Shown here: piece by piece, positions 40,430 through 49,132 of the stretch | How positions within the stretch are numbered: position 1 is the stretch's first letter | How the letters are laid out: each line of letters starts with the position of its first letter | NCBI GenBank assembly: GCA_023265175.1 | Contig: JAHFUI010000008.1 | Coordinates: 13,170 to 62,301 of the forward strand | Origin: Acidobacteriota bacterium | Lineage (GTDB): Bacteria; Acidobacteriota; Vicinamibacteria; Vicinamibacterales; CAVVIG01 | Direction of reading: 5' to 3' | DNA length: 49,132 nt | The notes under the pieces: model-generated | What the model saw: the letters and a program-made list of their open reading frames with translations, nothing else | What the model was told of the DNA's origin: nothing | Databases searched by the model: none | Program-made: the position numbers and the translations under genes

Positions 40430-41182
40430 TCAAGGTGCTGGCTGATCAACGTCGTCCGGCGTGGCGGCCGCCGCGGGGGTGGGCACAAAGTACAGGATGC
40501 GGTTGCAGCTGTCGCACTGTGTGATCGCGTCGTTGCGGCGCACCGTGTTGAACACCTGAGGGCGCAGGCGGACGTGGCAGATGGTGCAGATGCCATTGCG
40601 TGCCTCCGCGACGGCGATACCGTTGCGCTTGCGCGCCACCGACTCGAACACCGCGAGCACCTGTTTGTTCAGCGCCGCGACGATCTCGGCACGTTCGCCT
40701 TCGATGCGTTCGAGTAACGTCTGCAACTCGCCGTGTTCGGCGGTCATGCTCCGGCGGTCCGCGTCCACTGCTTTCTGTTCGGCCGCGAGCTCGGCCTCCG
40801 CGCGCTTGACCACGGCCGCGAGTTCGTCGGCTTCGAGCATCCGTTCGAGCACCTTGTCCTCGATCGTCTTCACCCCGCCCTGGGCAAACGCCATCTCCTT
40901 CTGCACCGCCTGGTATTCGACGTTCGTCTTCACCGCCATCAACTGATCGCGGAATTTGGACAACCGCCCTTGATGGAGCGCCACGTCTTTCTCGAGGGCG
41001 CGGCGCGCGTTCTGGTTCGTGGCGAGTTGCTCTTTGGAGGTGGCGACGCGGGTCCGCACCGCTTCGAGACGCGCCCGGAGCGCTTTTTCGCGCTCGGGTT
41101 CATCGGCAAGGCGGCGGCCGGCGGAGTCTGCGGCGGTGTCCAGCCGCTGGAGCGCGATCAGCCGTTCGAGGTCAGCATTCAT
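40430..41182 (-). CDS. Coiled-coil protein with C4-type zinc ribbon (DUF164 type)
   Basis: LIALQRLD N-terminus, long coiled coil, CTICHV...CDSCNRILY. Confidence 0.92.
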   Translation of the reverse strand: MNADLERLIALQRLDTAADSAGRRLADEPEREKALRARLEAVRTRVATSKEQLATNQNARRALEKDVALHQGRLSKFRDQLMAVKTNVEYQAVQKEMAFAQGGVKTIEDKVLERMLEADELAAVVKRAEAELAAEQKAVDADRRSMTAEHGELQTLLERIEGERAEIVAALNKQVLAVFESVARKRNGIAVAEARNGICTICHVRLRPQVFNTVRRNDAITQCDSCNRILYFVPTPAAAATPDDVDQPAP

Positions 41183-41192
41183 TCAGTCGGGC

Positions 41193-41221
41193 AAAAAAAA
41201 GGCCCCGCCGGGGCGGAGCCT
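41193..41221 (-). terminator. Intrinsic terminator after rpoD-tRNA
   Basis: Minus strand GGCTCCGC-CCCG-GCGGGGCC followed by T8. Confidence 0.85.
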
Positions 41222-41279
41222 GGATTCTCGCAATCAATCTGCAATCTGCGATCTTCAATTTGCCATTCCTTGGTCATGT

Positions 41280-41355
41280 TGGTGGGCCCACCAGGATTCG
41301 AACCTGGAACAGGCCGGTTATGAGCCGGCGGCTCTCACCGTTGAGCTATGGGCCC
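41280..41355 (-). tRNA. tRNA with CAT anticodon, most likely tRNA-Ile2 (lysidine)
   Basis: 76 nt GGGCCCA-TAGCTCAACGGT...CTCATAA...GGTTCGAATCC-TGGGCCC-ACCA. Paired G1-C72 and no GGG/CCC anticodon stem argue against initiator tRNA. Position after rpoD fits Ile2. Confidence 0.93.
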
Positions 41356-41360
41356 GAACC

Positions 41361-41500
41361 AGTCTACAGTCGACAGTCTTCAGTCGCCAGTCGGAATCGC
41401 ACGGTGACTGCCGACTGCCGACTGCCGACTGCCGACTGCCGACTGCCGACTGCCGACTGCCGACTGCCGACTGTCGACTGTCGACTGTCGACTGTCGACT
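41361..41500. repeat. Heptamer array (GACTGCC)9(GACTGTC)4 with a 5-unit inverted arm
   Basis: Array at 41406-41496. Inverse degenerate units AGTCTAC AGTCGAC AGTCTTC AGTCGCC AGTCGG at 41361-41394. Confidence 0.95.
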
Positions 41501-41503
41501 TGA

Positions 41504-43222
41504 CTACGTCGTTCGTCCTTCCAAAAACGCCCGGAGCTTCCGGCTCCGTGACGGATGACGGAGCTTACGCAGCGCCTTGGCTTCAATCTGACGGATCCGC
41601 TCGCGGGTCACGGCGAAGCTCTGGCCGACTTCTTCAAGCGTGTGCTCGCTGCCGTCCCCGACGCCGAAGCGCATCTTGATGACCCTTTCTTCACGCGGCG
41701 TGAGCGTCTTGAGGACCGACTCCGTCTGCTCCCTGAGATTCAGGTTGATCACCGCTTCGGCCGGCGAGACGACCTGACGGTCTTCGATGAAGTCGCCCAG
41801 ATGCGAATCTTCTTCTTCGCCGATCGGGGTCTCGAGCGAGATCGGCTCCTGCGCGATTTTGAGGACCTTGCGCACCTTCGACACCGGAATGTCCATGCGC
41901 TTGGCGATTTCCTCCGACGTCGGCTCGCGTCCGAGCTCCTGCACCAGCGCGCGCGAGGTGCGAATCAGCTTGTTGATCGTCTCGATCATGTGGACCGGGA
42001 TCCGGATCGTTCGCGCCTGATCCGCGATCGCGCGCGTGATGGCCTGTCGAATCCACCACGTCGCGTAGGTGGAGAACTTGTACCCGCGGCGGTACTCGAA
42101 TTTGTCGACCGCCTTCATCAACCCGATGTTGCCTTCCTGAATCAGGTCGAGGAACTGCAGCCCGCGGTTGGTGTACTTTTTCGCGATCGAGACGACGAGG
42201 CGAAGGTTGGCTTCGACGAGCTCTTTCTTGGCCTGCTCGGCCTGCCATTCACCGCGGATGATCGTCTCGAGCGTGGCCCTCAGTTCGTCGGGCGCCTGCC
42301 CGAGCTCGTCGGTCATCGTCTTGAGCGTGAGGCGCAGCTCCTTGATCTGGCGGACGGCGTTCTTCTTGTCCTCTTCCCTGAGCCGCTGCTTCTTGTTCTT
42401 GGGGTTCAGCTGGCGGATGACCGATTCGATCTCGCGCTGCACCTTCTGAACGGTATCGACCGCATCTTTCATGTCGTCGATCAGCCGGCGCTTCACCGAT
42501 TCGGTGAACTCGATCTTGCGGATGTAGGTCGACAGTTCGATGCGCGCGCGCATGGCCGCCCACCGCGCGCGTCGGTACTTGCGCTTGTCGCGGGTCGTCG
42601 CGCCTCGCGGCGTGTTGCGGAGCTTCTCCTCGAGCTTTTCCGACGCGGCGCGGGCCCTGCGGACCGCGTCGATCTGCTTCTGGACCTGCCTGGAGCGTTC
42701 CTGAATCCGTTCGTCCGTGATCTCTTCGTCGTTGAAGATGACGAGCTCGCGGATCGTTCGATCGCCGGCATACAGCTTGTCGCCGAGCTCGATCACTCGC
42801 CTGGCGATGAGCGGCGTCCGCGAGATCGATTTGATGACCGCCAGCTTCCCGCGCTCGATCCGGCGGGCGATCTCGACCTCGCCCTCGCGCGTGAGCAAGG
42901 GCACGGTGCCCATCTCGCGGAGATACATCCGGACCGGATCGTTCGTTTTGTCGAGCGCGCCCGGCGTGAGATCCAGCTCGAGCTCCTCCGCGCCCTCACC
43001 GGTCCGGTCGATCGGCTTGACATCGTCGCGCAGGTACTTCTGGTCCGAGTCGATGACCTCGATCCCCGCGCTGCCGAACGTGTTGAACAGGTCGTCGAGC
43101 TCATCGGAGGACGTGATTTCCGACGGCAGCAGCTCGTTGACTTCGTCGTAGAGCAGGTAGCCCTTTTCCTTGCCGATGGTGATGAGCTGCCGGACTTCGT
43201 CGTATTTTTCTTCGATCGACAA
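41504..43222 (-). CDS. rpoD: Primary sigma factor RpoD
   Basis: Region 1.1, [61 protein letters not shown] start at 43222 with GGAGG 8 nt upstream. Confidence 0.97.
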   Translation of the reverse strand: MSIEEKYDEVRQLITIGKEKGYLLYDEVNELLPSEITSSDELDDLFNTFGSAGIEVIDSDQKYLRDDVKPIDRTGEGAEELELDLTPGALDKTNDPVRMYLREMGTVPLLTREGEVEIARRIERGKLAVIKSISRTPLIARRVIELGDKLYAGDRTIRELVIFNDEEITDERIQERSRQVQKQIDAVRRARAASEKLEEKLRNTPRGATTRDKRKYRRARWAAMRARIELSTYIRKIEFTESVKRRLIDDMKDAVDTVQKVQREIESVIRQLNPKNKKQRLREEDKKNAVRQIKELRLTLKTMTDELGQAPDELRATLETIIRGEWQAEQAKKELVEANLRLVVSIAKKYTNRGLQFLDLIQEGNIGLMKAVDKFEYRRGYKFSTYATWWIRQAITRAIADQARTIRIPVHMIETINKLIRTSRALVQELGREPTSEEIAKRMDIPVSKVRKVLKIAQEPISLETPIGEEEDSHLGDFIEDRQVVSPAEAVINLNLREQTESVLKTLTPREERVIKMRFGVGDGSEHTLEEVGQSFAVTRERIRQIEAKALRKLRHPSRSRKLRAFLEGRTT

Positions 43223-43305
43223 GTGCGTATCCTCCAATGCCCGCGAGCCCGGACTCCGGGCGGTCCCGCGCGCGCCGTCGCGTTCCTGCGCACCCCGCTC
43301 CGGGG

Positions 43306-45075
43306 TTACGTGAGCTCTTCGATCCGATGAATGAGGTTTATCTTTCGTTGCCACAGTGCGTCTATCTCATGTCCATACTGACCGGCTCCCAGCCCTTGGA
43401 GCCGGTCGATTTCCCGTTGAATAGCAGCGCGCTCACGCTCCCACCTCAACCGCTTGATGGCCCGGGCGCAGTCGGCGGCCGGGGCGGGCGGCGTGGGGTT
43501 GGCGGCGATGCTGGTGACCAGCTGATTGTTCACCGTACTTAGACGCTGCAAAAGGGCCGACGGTGAGAACGTGCCCGACTGATCGTGCAGGTTCCGGGCC
43601 ATTTCGAAGACTTCGCGGCCAGCCAAGGCGTCCAAATCCTCCCCATCGAGCCCGACCATCGCGTCGAATGCTTCTCGAGGATTATGGATCAGCGCCCAAA
43701 TAAGCCCCTTTTCCGCGTATTTCATCTGTCCGAACGACGGCAGCTCGCGGTCGGTCAGGGTGGCTCGGCGGCTGACCGCCGCCTTGCGAATCTCGGCGCG
43801 GACCACCTCTTCTGTAATGCGCGCCTTGTGCGCAATCCGATCGCCAAATTGGTCCCGCGCGGCGGGGTCTGGAATCCTGGCCGCCACCGCGAGCATCTTT
43901 GCGAGGAACTGGCGCCGGTCGTCGTCCTGGCCGAAGTCGAGCCCGGCGGCCGCCTGGTCGAGCAGATATTCCAAGTATGGCCGAGAATTGCGCAGCCTCT
44001 CACGGTATTGATCCGGGCCGTTGCGTCGAACGTACGTATCGGGATCTTGCCCCGGATCCAGCACCGCGACGTTGACGTCGAAGCCTTCGGCGACGAGCAG
44101 CTCGCACGACCGGACGGCCGCACCCTGACCGGCCGCGTCGGGGTCATAGCTGAGGACGACCTTGGTCGTGAACCGCCGAAGCAATTGCGCCTGCTGCGGC
44201 GTGAGCGCCGTGCCGCACGAGGCGACGACTGGCGCCGCGTTGGACTGGAACACCTGCGCGAAATCGAAATAGCCTTCCACGAGCACGGCGTACCCGAGCT
44301 GGCGAATCGCCGCTTTCGACAGGTTCAGCCCGTAAAGCGTGCGCCCTTTCGAGTAGATCGGCGTCTCGGGCGAGTTGAGATATTTCGGCACCTGGTCGGC
44401 GTCCATGGCGCGGCCGCCGAAGGCAATCACCGATCCCGAATCGCGGCAGATCGGGACCATCAGCCGGTTGCGAAAGCGATCGACGATATCCCCGTTGTCG
44501 CGTTGGACGATCAATCCACTCTGCACCAGAAGACCTTGCGCGAATCCGTGCGCGAGCAGCGCGTTCTTCAAGGCCGTCGACGCAGTCGGGGCGAAGCCGA
44601 GCCCCAGCGACTCGATCGCCTTCGCGTCGACGCCACGATCGGCGAGCTGACGTCGTGCGCGAGCGCCGGCGGGGCTGGCGAGCTGCTCGCGGAAGAATGC
44701 CGCCGCAATCTCGTGGACTTTGAGGAGCGACTCACGCACGCTGGCATCCCGCCTGGCATCGTCAGAGGAGCCTTCGGTCTCCTCGGGCACCGCGACCCCG
44801 AACTTCTGCGCCAGCATGCGCACGGCGTCCTGGAAGCCAATCTTTTCGTGAAGCTCGAGAAACTTGAAGACATCGCCGCCGACGTTGCAGCCAAAGCAAT
44901 GAAAGAATCCTTTATCAGGATTGACCGAGAACGACGGCGTCTTCTCCGAATGAAACGGACAGAGTCCCTTGAACGTCGTGCCCGCCCGCTTCAGCGGCAC
45001 GTACTCCTGGATGACCTGCACGATGTTCGCCTGCAGACGCAGATCGTCGATAAACCGTTGTGGAAACAGGCCCAT
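43306..45075 (-). CDS. dnaG: DNA primase
   Basis: [11 protein letters not shown]...CFGC zinc finger, [34 protein letters not shown]. Confidence 0.97.
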   Translation of the reverse strand: MGLFPQRFIDDLRLQANIVQVIQEYVPLKRAGTTFKGLCPFHSEKTPSFSVNPDKGFFHCFGCNVGGDVFKFLELHEKIGFQDAVRMLAQKFGVAVPEETEGSSDDARRDASVRESLLKVHEIAAAFFREQLASPAGARARRQLADRGVDAKAIESLGLGFAPTASTALKNALLAHGFAQGLLVQSGLIVQRDNGDIVDRFRNRLMVPICRDSGSVIAFGGRAMDADQVPKYLNSPETPIYSKGRTLYGLNLSKAAIRQLGYAVLVEGYFDFAQVFQSNAAPVVASCGTALTPQQAQLLRRFTTKVVLSYDPDAAGQGAAVRSCELLVAEGFDVNVAVLDPGQDPDTYVRRNGPDQYRERLRNSRPYLEYLLDQAAAGLDFGQDDDRRQFLAKMLAVAARIPDPAARDQFGDRIAHKARITEEVVRAEIRKAAVSRRATLTDRELPSFGQMKYAEKGLIWALIHNPREAFDAMVGLDGEDLDALAGREVFEMARNLHDQSGTFSPSALLQRLSTVNNQLVTSIAANPTPPAPAADCARAIKRLRWERERAAIQREIDRLQGLGAGQYGHEIDALWQRKINLIHRIEELT

Positions 45076-45076
45076 G

Positions 45077-45154
45077 AAATGCAAAATGCAAAACGCATGA
45101 TGCAAAACGCGCGATGCGAGGTTGGTCACATTGCGCATTCTGCATTGTGCATTA
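45077..45154. repeat. 7-nt periodic repeat hairpin (AAATGCA units and inverse TGCATT)
   Basis: Six units at 45077-45118 and four inverted units at 45127-45154, filling the mutS2-dnaG gap. Confidence 0.88.
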
Positions 45155-45159
45155 CATCG

Positions 45160-47652
45160 TCAGTCCTTCAACTCCACGACTGTCACCCCGCCTCCGCCCT
45201 GTTCGGGAGGAGCCGTCGCAAACCGAGCGACCAACGGGTGTTGCTGAAGAAAGCCGGCGAGCGCGCGCTTGAGCTGGCCGGTTCCGTACCCATGAATGAA
45301 CCGCACGATGCGCTGGTCGGTCAGGAGCGACTCGTCGAGAAACCGTTCAGCGCGCGCGATGGCCTCGTCGACGCTGCATCCGATGACGTTCAGATCGGCG
45401 AGCGCGCCGTCGCGTGGCTGCAACTGCACGTTCACGCGCGCCGGCGCAGTCACGGCGGCGCCGACGAAGCGAAGGTCGCGTATGCTCACGCGTATCCGCT
45501 TGCCGCGCACGTCGAGATCGGCGGTGCCGTCATGAATCGACGTCACGACGCCCTCGAGGCCTAAACCACCCACCACGACGCGGTCGCCGACGACCGGAGC
45601 GTGCCCGGCCGGCACGTCGGGTCGCGGTTCCTCGAGCGGCTCGAGGTACCGCTTCACGACGGTATCGATCGCGGCGCGCGCATCGGCGCGAACGGATCCG
45701 GTCTCGCCGGTCGACACGCCGCGGCTTCCCTCCTGCGCGATTGCGGCGGTCTTCGTCTTCAACTGCGAGATCACATCGTCGATTTCGCGCCGCGCCTGGC
45801 GTGCCTGCGTTTCGATCTCTTCGTTCAAGTGCAGCCGGGACGTCTCCTCGCGCTGGCGGAGGGCCTCTTCACGGTGCCGCACCCGGACCTCGGCCTCCTC
45901 CAGCGCCTGGCGCTCGCGTGTCGCGAGGCGATGCTCGTGCTCGAGCGCGCGCATGTCGCGATCGATCTTCGCGAGGTGTTCGGACAACTGCGCTTCGCGC
46001 GCGCTGAGGTTCTGACGCGCCGCGGCGACCAGCGACGGGTTCAGACCGAGGCGCGCGGCAATTTCCAGCGCGAGGCTTCGGCCCGCGGATCCGTACACGA
46101 GCTGATAAGTCGGCGCGAACGTGTCGGCGTCGAAGCCGAACGCGGCGCCGGCCACGCCCTGGGTCGTCGAGGCGTATGTCTTGAGCGCGTCGTAGTGGCT
46201 CGTCGCGATGACCGTGGCGCCGCGCCGCCGGAAGTGATCGACGATGGCGACCCCGAGCGCGCCGCCTTCGATTGGATCGGTCCCCGAACCCACTTCGTCG
46301 AGCAGCACGAGCGCCGGCACGGCCAGGCCGCGATCCATCGCCGCGATATTCGCGATGCGCGCTGAAAACGTGCTCAGGCTCGCATCAATCGACTGCTCAT
46401 CGCCGATGTCGGCGAAAAGCGATCGGAACACCGGCAGCCGCGAACCGTCCGCGGCGGGCACGTGCAGGCCGGCCTGCGCCATCATGGCAAGCAGGCCCGC
46501 CGTTTTGAGCGCCACCGTTTTCCCGCCCGTGTTCGGGCCCGTGACGAGCAGGCACGTTGCGGGCGGAATGACCTTGATGGTGACGGGAACGGGCGCGTTC
46601 GACTGTTTGTCCGCGCGTCCTGCTGCGGATCGATCTGAAGCGTGCGTCTCGCCAACTCTTGCGCCGCTCGCCGTCTCGTCGTGCACGACGTCGGACTCAA
46701 TCCGTTCGAGCACCTCCCGCATCAAGAGCGGATGCCGGGCCGCCTGCAGCTCGAACGCGCCGTCGGTCGAGAGTGCCGGCTGGACGCCGCCGACGAGCGT
46801 CGAGAAACGCGCGCGCGCCTGCAGGACGTCCAGCGCCGTCGCGGCTTCGATCGTGCGCTGCAGATCCGAAGCGCGGCTGCGAAGCGAATCGGTGAGCGCC
46901 AGCAGGATGCGCCGGATCTCTTCGAACTCCTGTTCCTCGAGCGCGACGATGTCGTTGTTGATCTCGACGGTGCTGAGCGGCTCGAGAAACAGGCTCGCCC
47001 CGCTGGTCGACGTGCCGTGCACGACCCCCGGAATCGAGCTCCGGTGTTCGGCTTTGATGACGAGCACGTACCGGCCGTTCCGCTCGGTGACGACCTGCTC
47101 CTGCAGGTACTTCGCGGTGTCCTTGCCGCGCAGGTACGACTCCAGCGTGCCGCGCAGACGCGTGCGCTGTTTGCGGAGCCGCTCCCGAATCAGCCGCAGC
47201 TCCGTACTGGCCGTGTCGACAATGTCTCCCGAGGATTCGATCGTCTCGCGGATGCGCGCGGTTTCGCGTTTGAACGACGCCGCCTCGCCGGTGACCGCCT
47301 CGAGCGAAGGAAACGATCCGCTGGCGCGACGAATGCCGGCGCGCGCATCGTCGATGGAATCGAGAAAGTCGGCGAGCGCGATGAGTCGCAGCGGTTCGAG
47401 AGGCCGCCCTTCGACCGTGAGCGCGCCGAGGAGCTGCGACAAATCGCTCGACGCACGCAACGGAAAGAGCGCATTGAGCTCCAGGTAGCGCGTCGTTTCT
47501 GTGGTTGCGGCCAGCTGCTCAGAGACCTTTTGCGGATCAGTGGACGGTTCCAGGCGGCCCAGGCGCTCCGCGCCCATCGGCGTCAGCGCGAAGCTTCGGA
47601 CGGCCTCGACGATCCGATCGAATTCGAGAGCCCGGAGCGCTCCAAGTTGCAT
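45160..47652 (-). CDS. mutS2: Endonuclease MutS2 with C-terminal Smr domain
   Basis: LEFDRI N-terminus, TGPNTGGKT, DIGDEQSI..SLSTFS, LLDEVGSGTDP, IHGYGTG, GGGGVT. Confidence 0.96.
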   Translation of the reverse strand: MQLGALRALEFDRIVEAVRSFALTPMGAERLGRLEPSTDPQKVSEQLAATTETTRYLELNALFPLRASSDLSQLLGALTVEGRPLEPLRLIALADFLDSIDDARAGIRRASGSFPSLEAVTGEAASFKRETARIRETIESSGDIVDTASTELRLIRERLRKQRTRLRGTLESYLRGKDTAKYLQEQVVTERNGRYVLVIKAEHRSSIPGVVHGTSTSGASLFLEPLSTVEINNDIVALEEQEFEEIRRILLALTDSLRSRASDLQRTIEAATALDVLQARARFSTLVGGVQPALSTDGAFELQAARHPLLMREVLERIESDVVHDETASGARVGETHASDRSAAGRADKQSNAPVPVTIKVIPPATCLLVTGPNTGGKTVALKTAGLLAMMAQAGLHVPAADGSRLPVFRSLFADIGDEQSIDASLSTFSARIANIAAMDRGLAVPALVLLDEVGSGTDPIEGGALGVAIVDHFRRRGATVIATSHYDALKTYASTTQGVAGAAFGFDADTFAPTYQLVYGSAGRSLALEIAARLGLNPSLVAAARQNLSAREAQLSEHLAKIDRDMRALEHEHRLATRERQALEEAEVRVRHREEALRQREETSRLHLNEEIETQARQARREIDDVISQLKTKTAAIAQEGSRGVSTGETGSVRADARAAIDTVVKRYLEPLEEPRPDVPAGHAPVVGDRVVVGGLGLEGVVTSIHDGTADLDVRGKRIRVSIRDLRFVGAAVTAPARVNVQLQPRDGALADLNVIGCSVDEAIARAERFLDESLLTDQRIVRFIHGYGTGQLKRALAGFLQQHPLVARFATAPPEQGGGGVTVVELKD

Positions 47653-47692
47653 AGGTGAAAGCTAGAAAGCTGAACCGCCGCTGGGAGACAAG

Positions 47693-49006
47693 TCAACCTC
47701 TTATTATACCGCGTGGCCGGGCGCCAGCGGCCAGCACTGCGTCGAGCTGCACATGCAGCTCCTCCTCGGGCTTCATCAAAAACGCCAGGACCGACCCGCA
47801 CAGCAGCAAGCCGATGCCGGCGACGAACGTCAACTCCCAGTTACCGGTCTTGTCGACGATGTATCCGCCCACCAGCGGGGAAACAATCGCCGCCAGCGCG
47901 GACCCTGTATTCATGAAGCCGCTCGCGAAGCCCGAGAAGCGGGGCGCGATGTCCATGGGAATGGCCCACATCGGCCCGACCGTCAGTTCCGCGAAGAAAA
48001 AGGCCAAGCTCAGACACAGCGCGACGACGCCGACGTTGTGCAGCAGCAGGACCGGCAGCGTCAACACGATCGAGCACAGAAATCCGAAGATCACCAGATT
48101 GCGACGCGCCTTCTTCCGGTCGCCGGTTCGCTCGAAAATCCGATCGCTCACGAGTCCGCCGAGCAGATCGCCCAGCACGCCGCCGAGGAAGACGCCGGAT
48201 GCAAACAACGCGGAATTACTCAGCTTCAGTTGATAGCTGTGCAAGAAATACGATGGGATCCAGGCCAGGAAAAACCAGAGCGTCCACCCGTAACAGAAAT
48301 ACACGATGGTGACCGGCAGCATGCGACGCGCCAAGCGTAATACCGGCACCGGCTGCTTGTTTCGCTCGCCTTGGGAAACATGTGCCGGCAGCCGGTCCAA
48401 TTCCGCGGACGTGATGCCCGGATGATCGGAGGGGTTGTCCCGGAAGTACAGCCCCCATGCGATGGCCCAGCCGAAGCTCACGATGCCAACGACGACGAAC
48501 GATCCCCGCCACGTCACGACCAGGATCAACCAGGCGATGAGAGGCGGCGTCAGTGCGTTCCCCAGCCGCGCGCACGAATGCGTGATGCCTTGCGCGAACC
48601 CGCGTTTCGCCGCGGGCATCCAACTCGACATCGCCCGGGTAGCGGTCGGCAACGCAGATACGCCGAGTCCGAGCATGACGCGGCTGACGATCATCCCCGT
48701 CAGCGTGCTCGTCAGTCCCATATACACGGTGGCGGCCGACCAGATCACCGCGAAGATCGTCAGTGCCCGCCGCGCGCCGAACCGATCGCTGACCCAGCCC
48801 CCGATGATTTGGAACAACAGGTACGGATACGCGAACGCGGAAAACACCAGTCCGACCTGCGTGTTGGTGAGATGCAACTCGGGCTGAAAGACCGCGGCGG
48901 CCGTGCTCACGTTGACCCTGACGATGTAGTTGATGAAGTACATCAGGCAGAGCAGAATGAGCACCCGCGTCGTTGTCGCCGGGGCGGGGATGCCTGTCGG
49001 GCGCAT
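47693..49006 (-). CDS. MFS transporter, anion:cation symporter (sugar-acid) type
   Basis: INYIVRVNVS, GWVSDRFGARR motif A, W.P..KRG.AQG, SGFMNTG, about 12 hydrophobic segments. Start uncertain. Confidence 0.9.
   Translation of the reverse strand: MRPTGIPAPATTTRVLILLCLMYFINYIVRVNVSTAAAVFQPELHLTNTQVGLVFSAFAYPYLLFQIIGGWVSDRFGARRALTIFAVIWSAATVYMGLTSTLTGMIVSRVMLGLGVSALPTATRAMSSWMPAAKRGFAQGITHSCARLGNALTPPLIAWLILVVTWRGSFVVVGIVSFGWAIAWGLYFRDNPSDHPGITSAELDRLPAHVSQGERNKQPVPVLRLARRMLPVTIVYFCYGWTLWFFLAWIPSYFLHSYQLKLSNSALFASGVFLGGVLGDLLGGLVSDRIFERTGDRKKARRNLVIFGFLCSIVLTLPVLLLHNVGVVALCLSLAFFFAELTVGPMWAIPMDIAPRFSGFASGFMNTGSALAAIVSPLVGGYIVDKTGNWELTFVAGIGLLLCGSVLAFLMKPEEELHVQLDAVLAAGARPRGIIRG
47703..47708 (-). 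promoter_or_regulatory. TATAAT -10 box upstream of mutS2, inside the last codons of the MFS gene
   Basis: Perfect TATAAT about 50 nt before the mutS2 ATG in very GC-rich DNA. No clear -35. Confidence 0.5.
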
Positions 49007-49132
49007 GCTCGCGCTAGAAGCCTTGACCACGTGAAATCTGAGTACTTGAGTCAAGTTTTGTCGATGACGCGCACAACACCCCCTTGCCCCCGGACGTGGA
49101 GCATCTGGGGTGGCATGGGAGAGCGCGTGGTC

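Noticed and set aside
40420-40596. Extended RNase HI N-terminus or frameshift fusion with the zinc-ribbon gene
   Set aside because: The upstream part is an alternate frame of the zinc-ribbon CDS and no slippery site is evident.
41280-41355. tRNA as an integration site for a prophage or island
   Set aside because: No integrase and no duplicated tRNA 3' end were seen; flanking genes are housekeeping.
41406-41500. CRISPR array
   Set aside because: Contiguous 7-nt units with no spacers, and no cas genes in the window.
41260-41679. ORFs with TADCRLP / SRQSAVG repeats (41019-41558, 41260-41679, 41380-41586)
   Set aside because: They are translations of the heptamer array and overlap the tRNA or rpoD.
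43223-43354. RpoD start at GTG 43354
   Set aside because: It overlaps dnaG by 49 nt, and TTG 43222 has a GGAGG SD and begins at region 1.1.
41555-45564. Long plus-strand ORFs (591 aa and 659 aa)
   Set aside because: Antisense shadows of rpoD and dnaG caused by GC-rich codon bias, with no recognisable motifs. The same applies to most overlapping ORFs in the track.

Overview
A GC-rich bacterial chromosomal segment made almost entirely of housekeeping genes. The repeat families and gene order suggest Acidobacteriota, probably Vicinamibacteria; this is inference. From left to right it holds: a beta-oxidation block (thiolase, alpha/beta hydrolase, FadN-type dehydrogenase/hydratase); a small AT-richer islet with nuclease debris; a fused E1 alpha/beta 2-oxoacid dehydrogenase; cupin, rhomboid, murJ, yqeY and a Pro-rich exported protein; an internally deleted IS1380 element; an amino-sugar/polyprenyl-phosphate glycosyltransferase cluster; ychF; the dcw cluster mraZ to ftsZ (no murB, ddl or lpxC); a radical SAM gene; a SpoVG-like gene, acpS, pgeF, RNase HI, a C4 zinc-ribbon protein, tRNA(CAT), rpoD, dnaG, mutS2 and an MFS transporter. 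The most unusual signal is non-coding. About ten gene junctions carry short-period (7-9 nt) degenerate tandem repeats, mostly arranged as two inverted arms. Most loci use a different unit, and several supply the neighbouring gene's start or stop codon. Several REP-like palindrome families are also present, including a REP nested inside another REP and translated in frame inside the thiolase. No CRISPR array, rRNA or intact transposase was seen.
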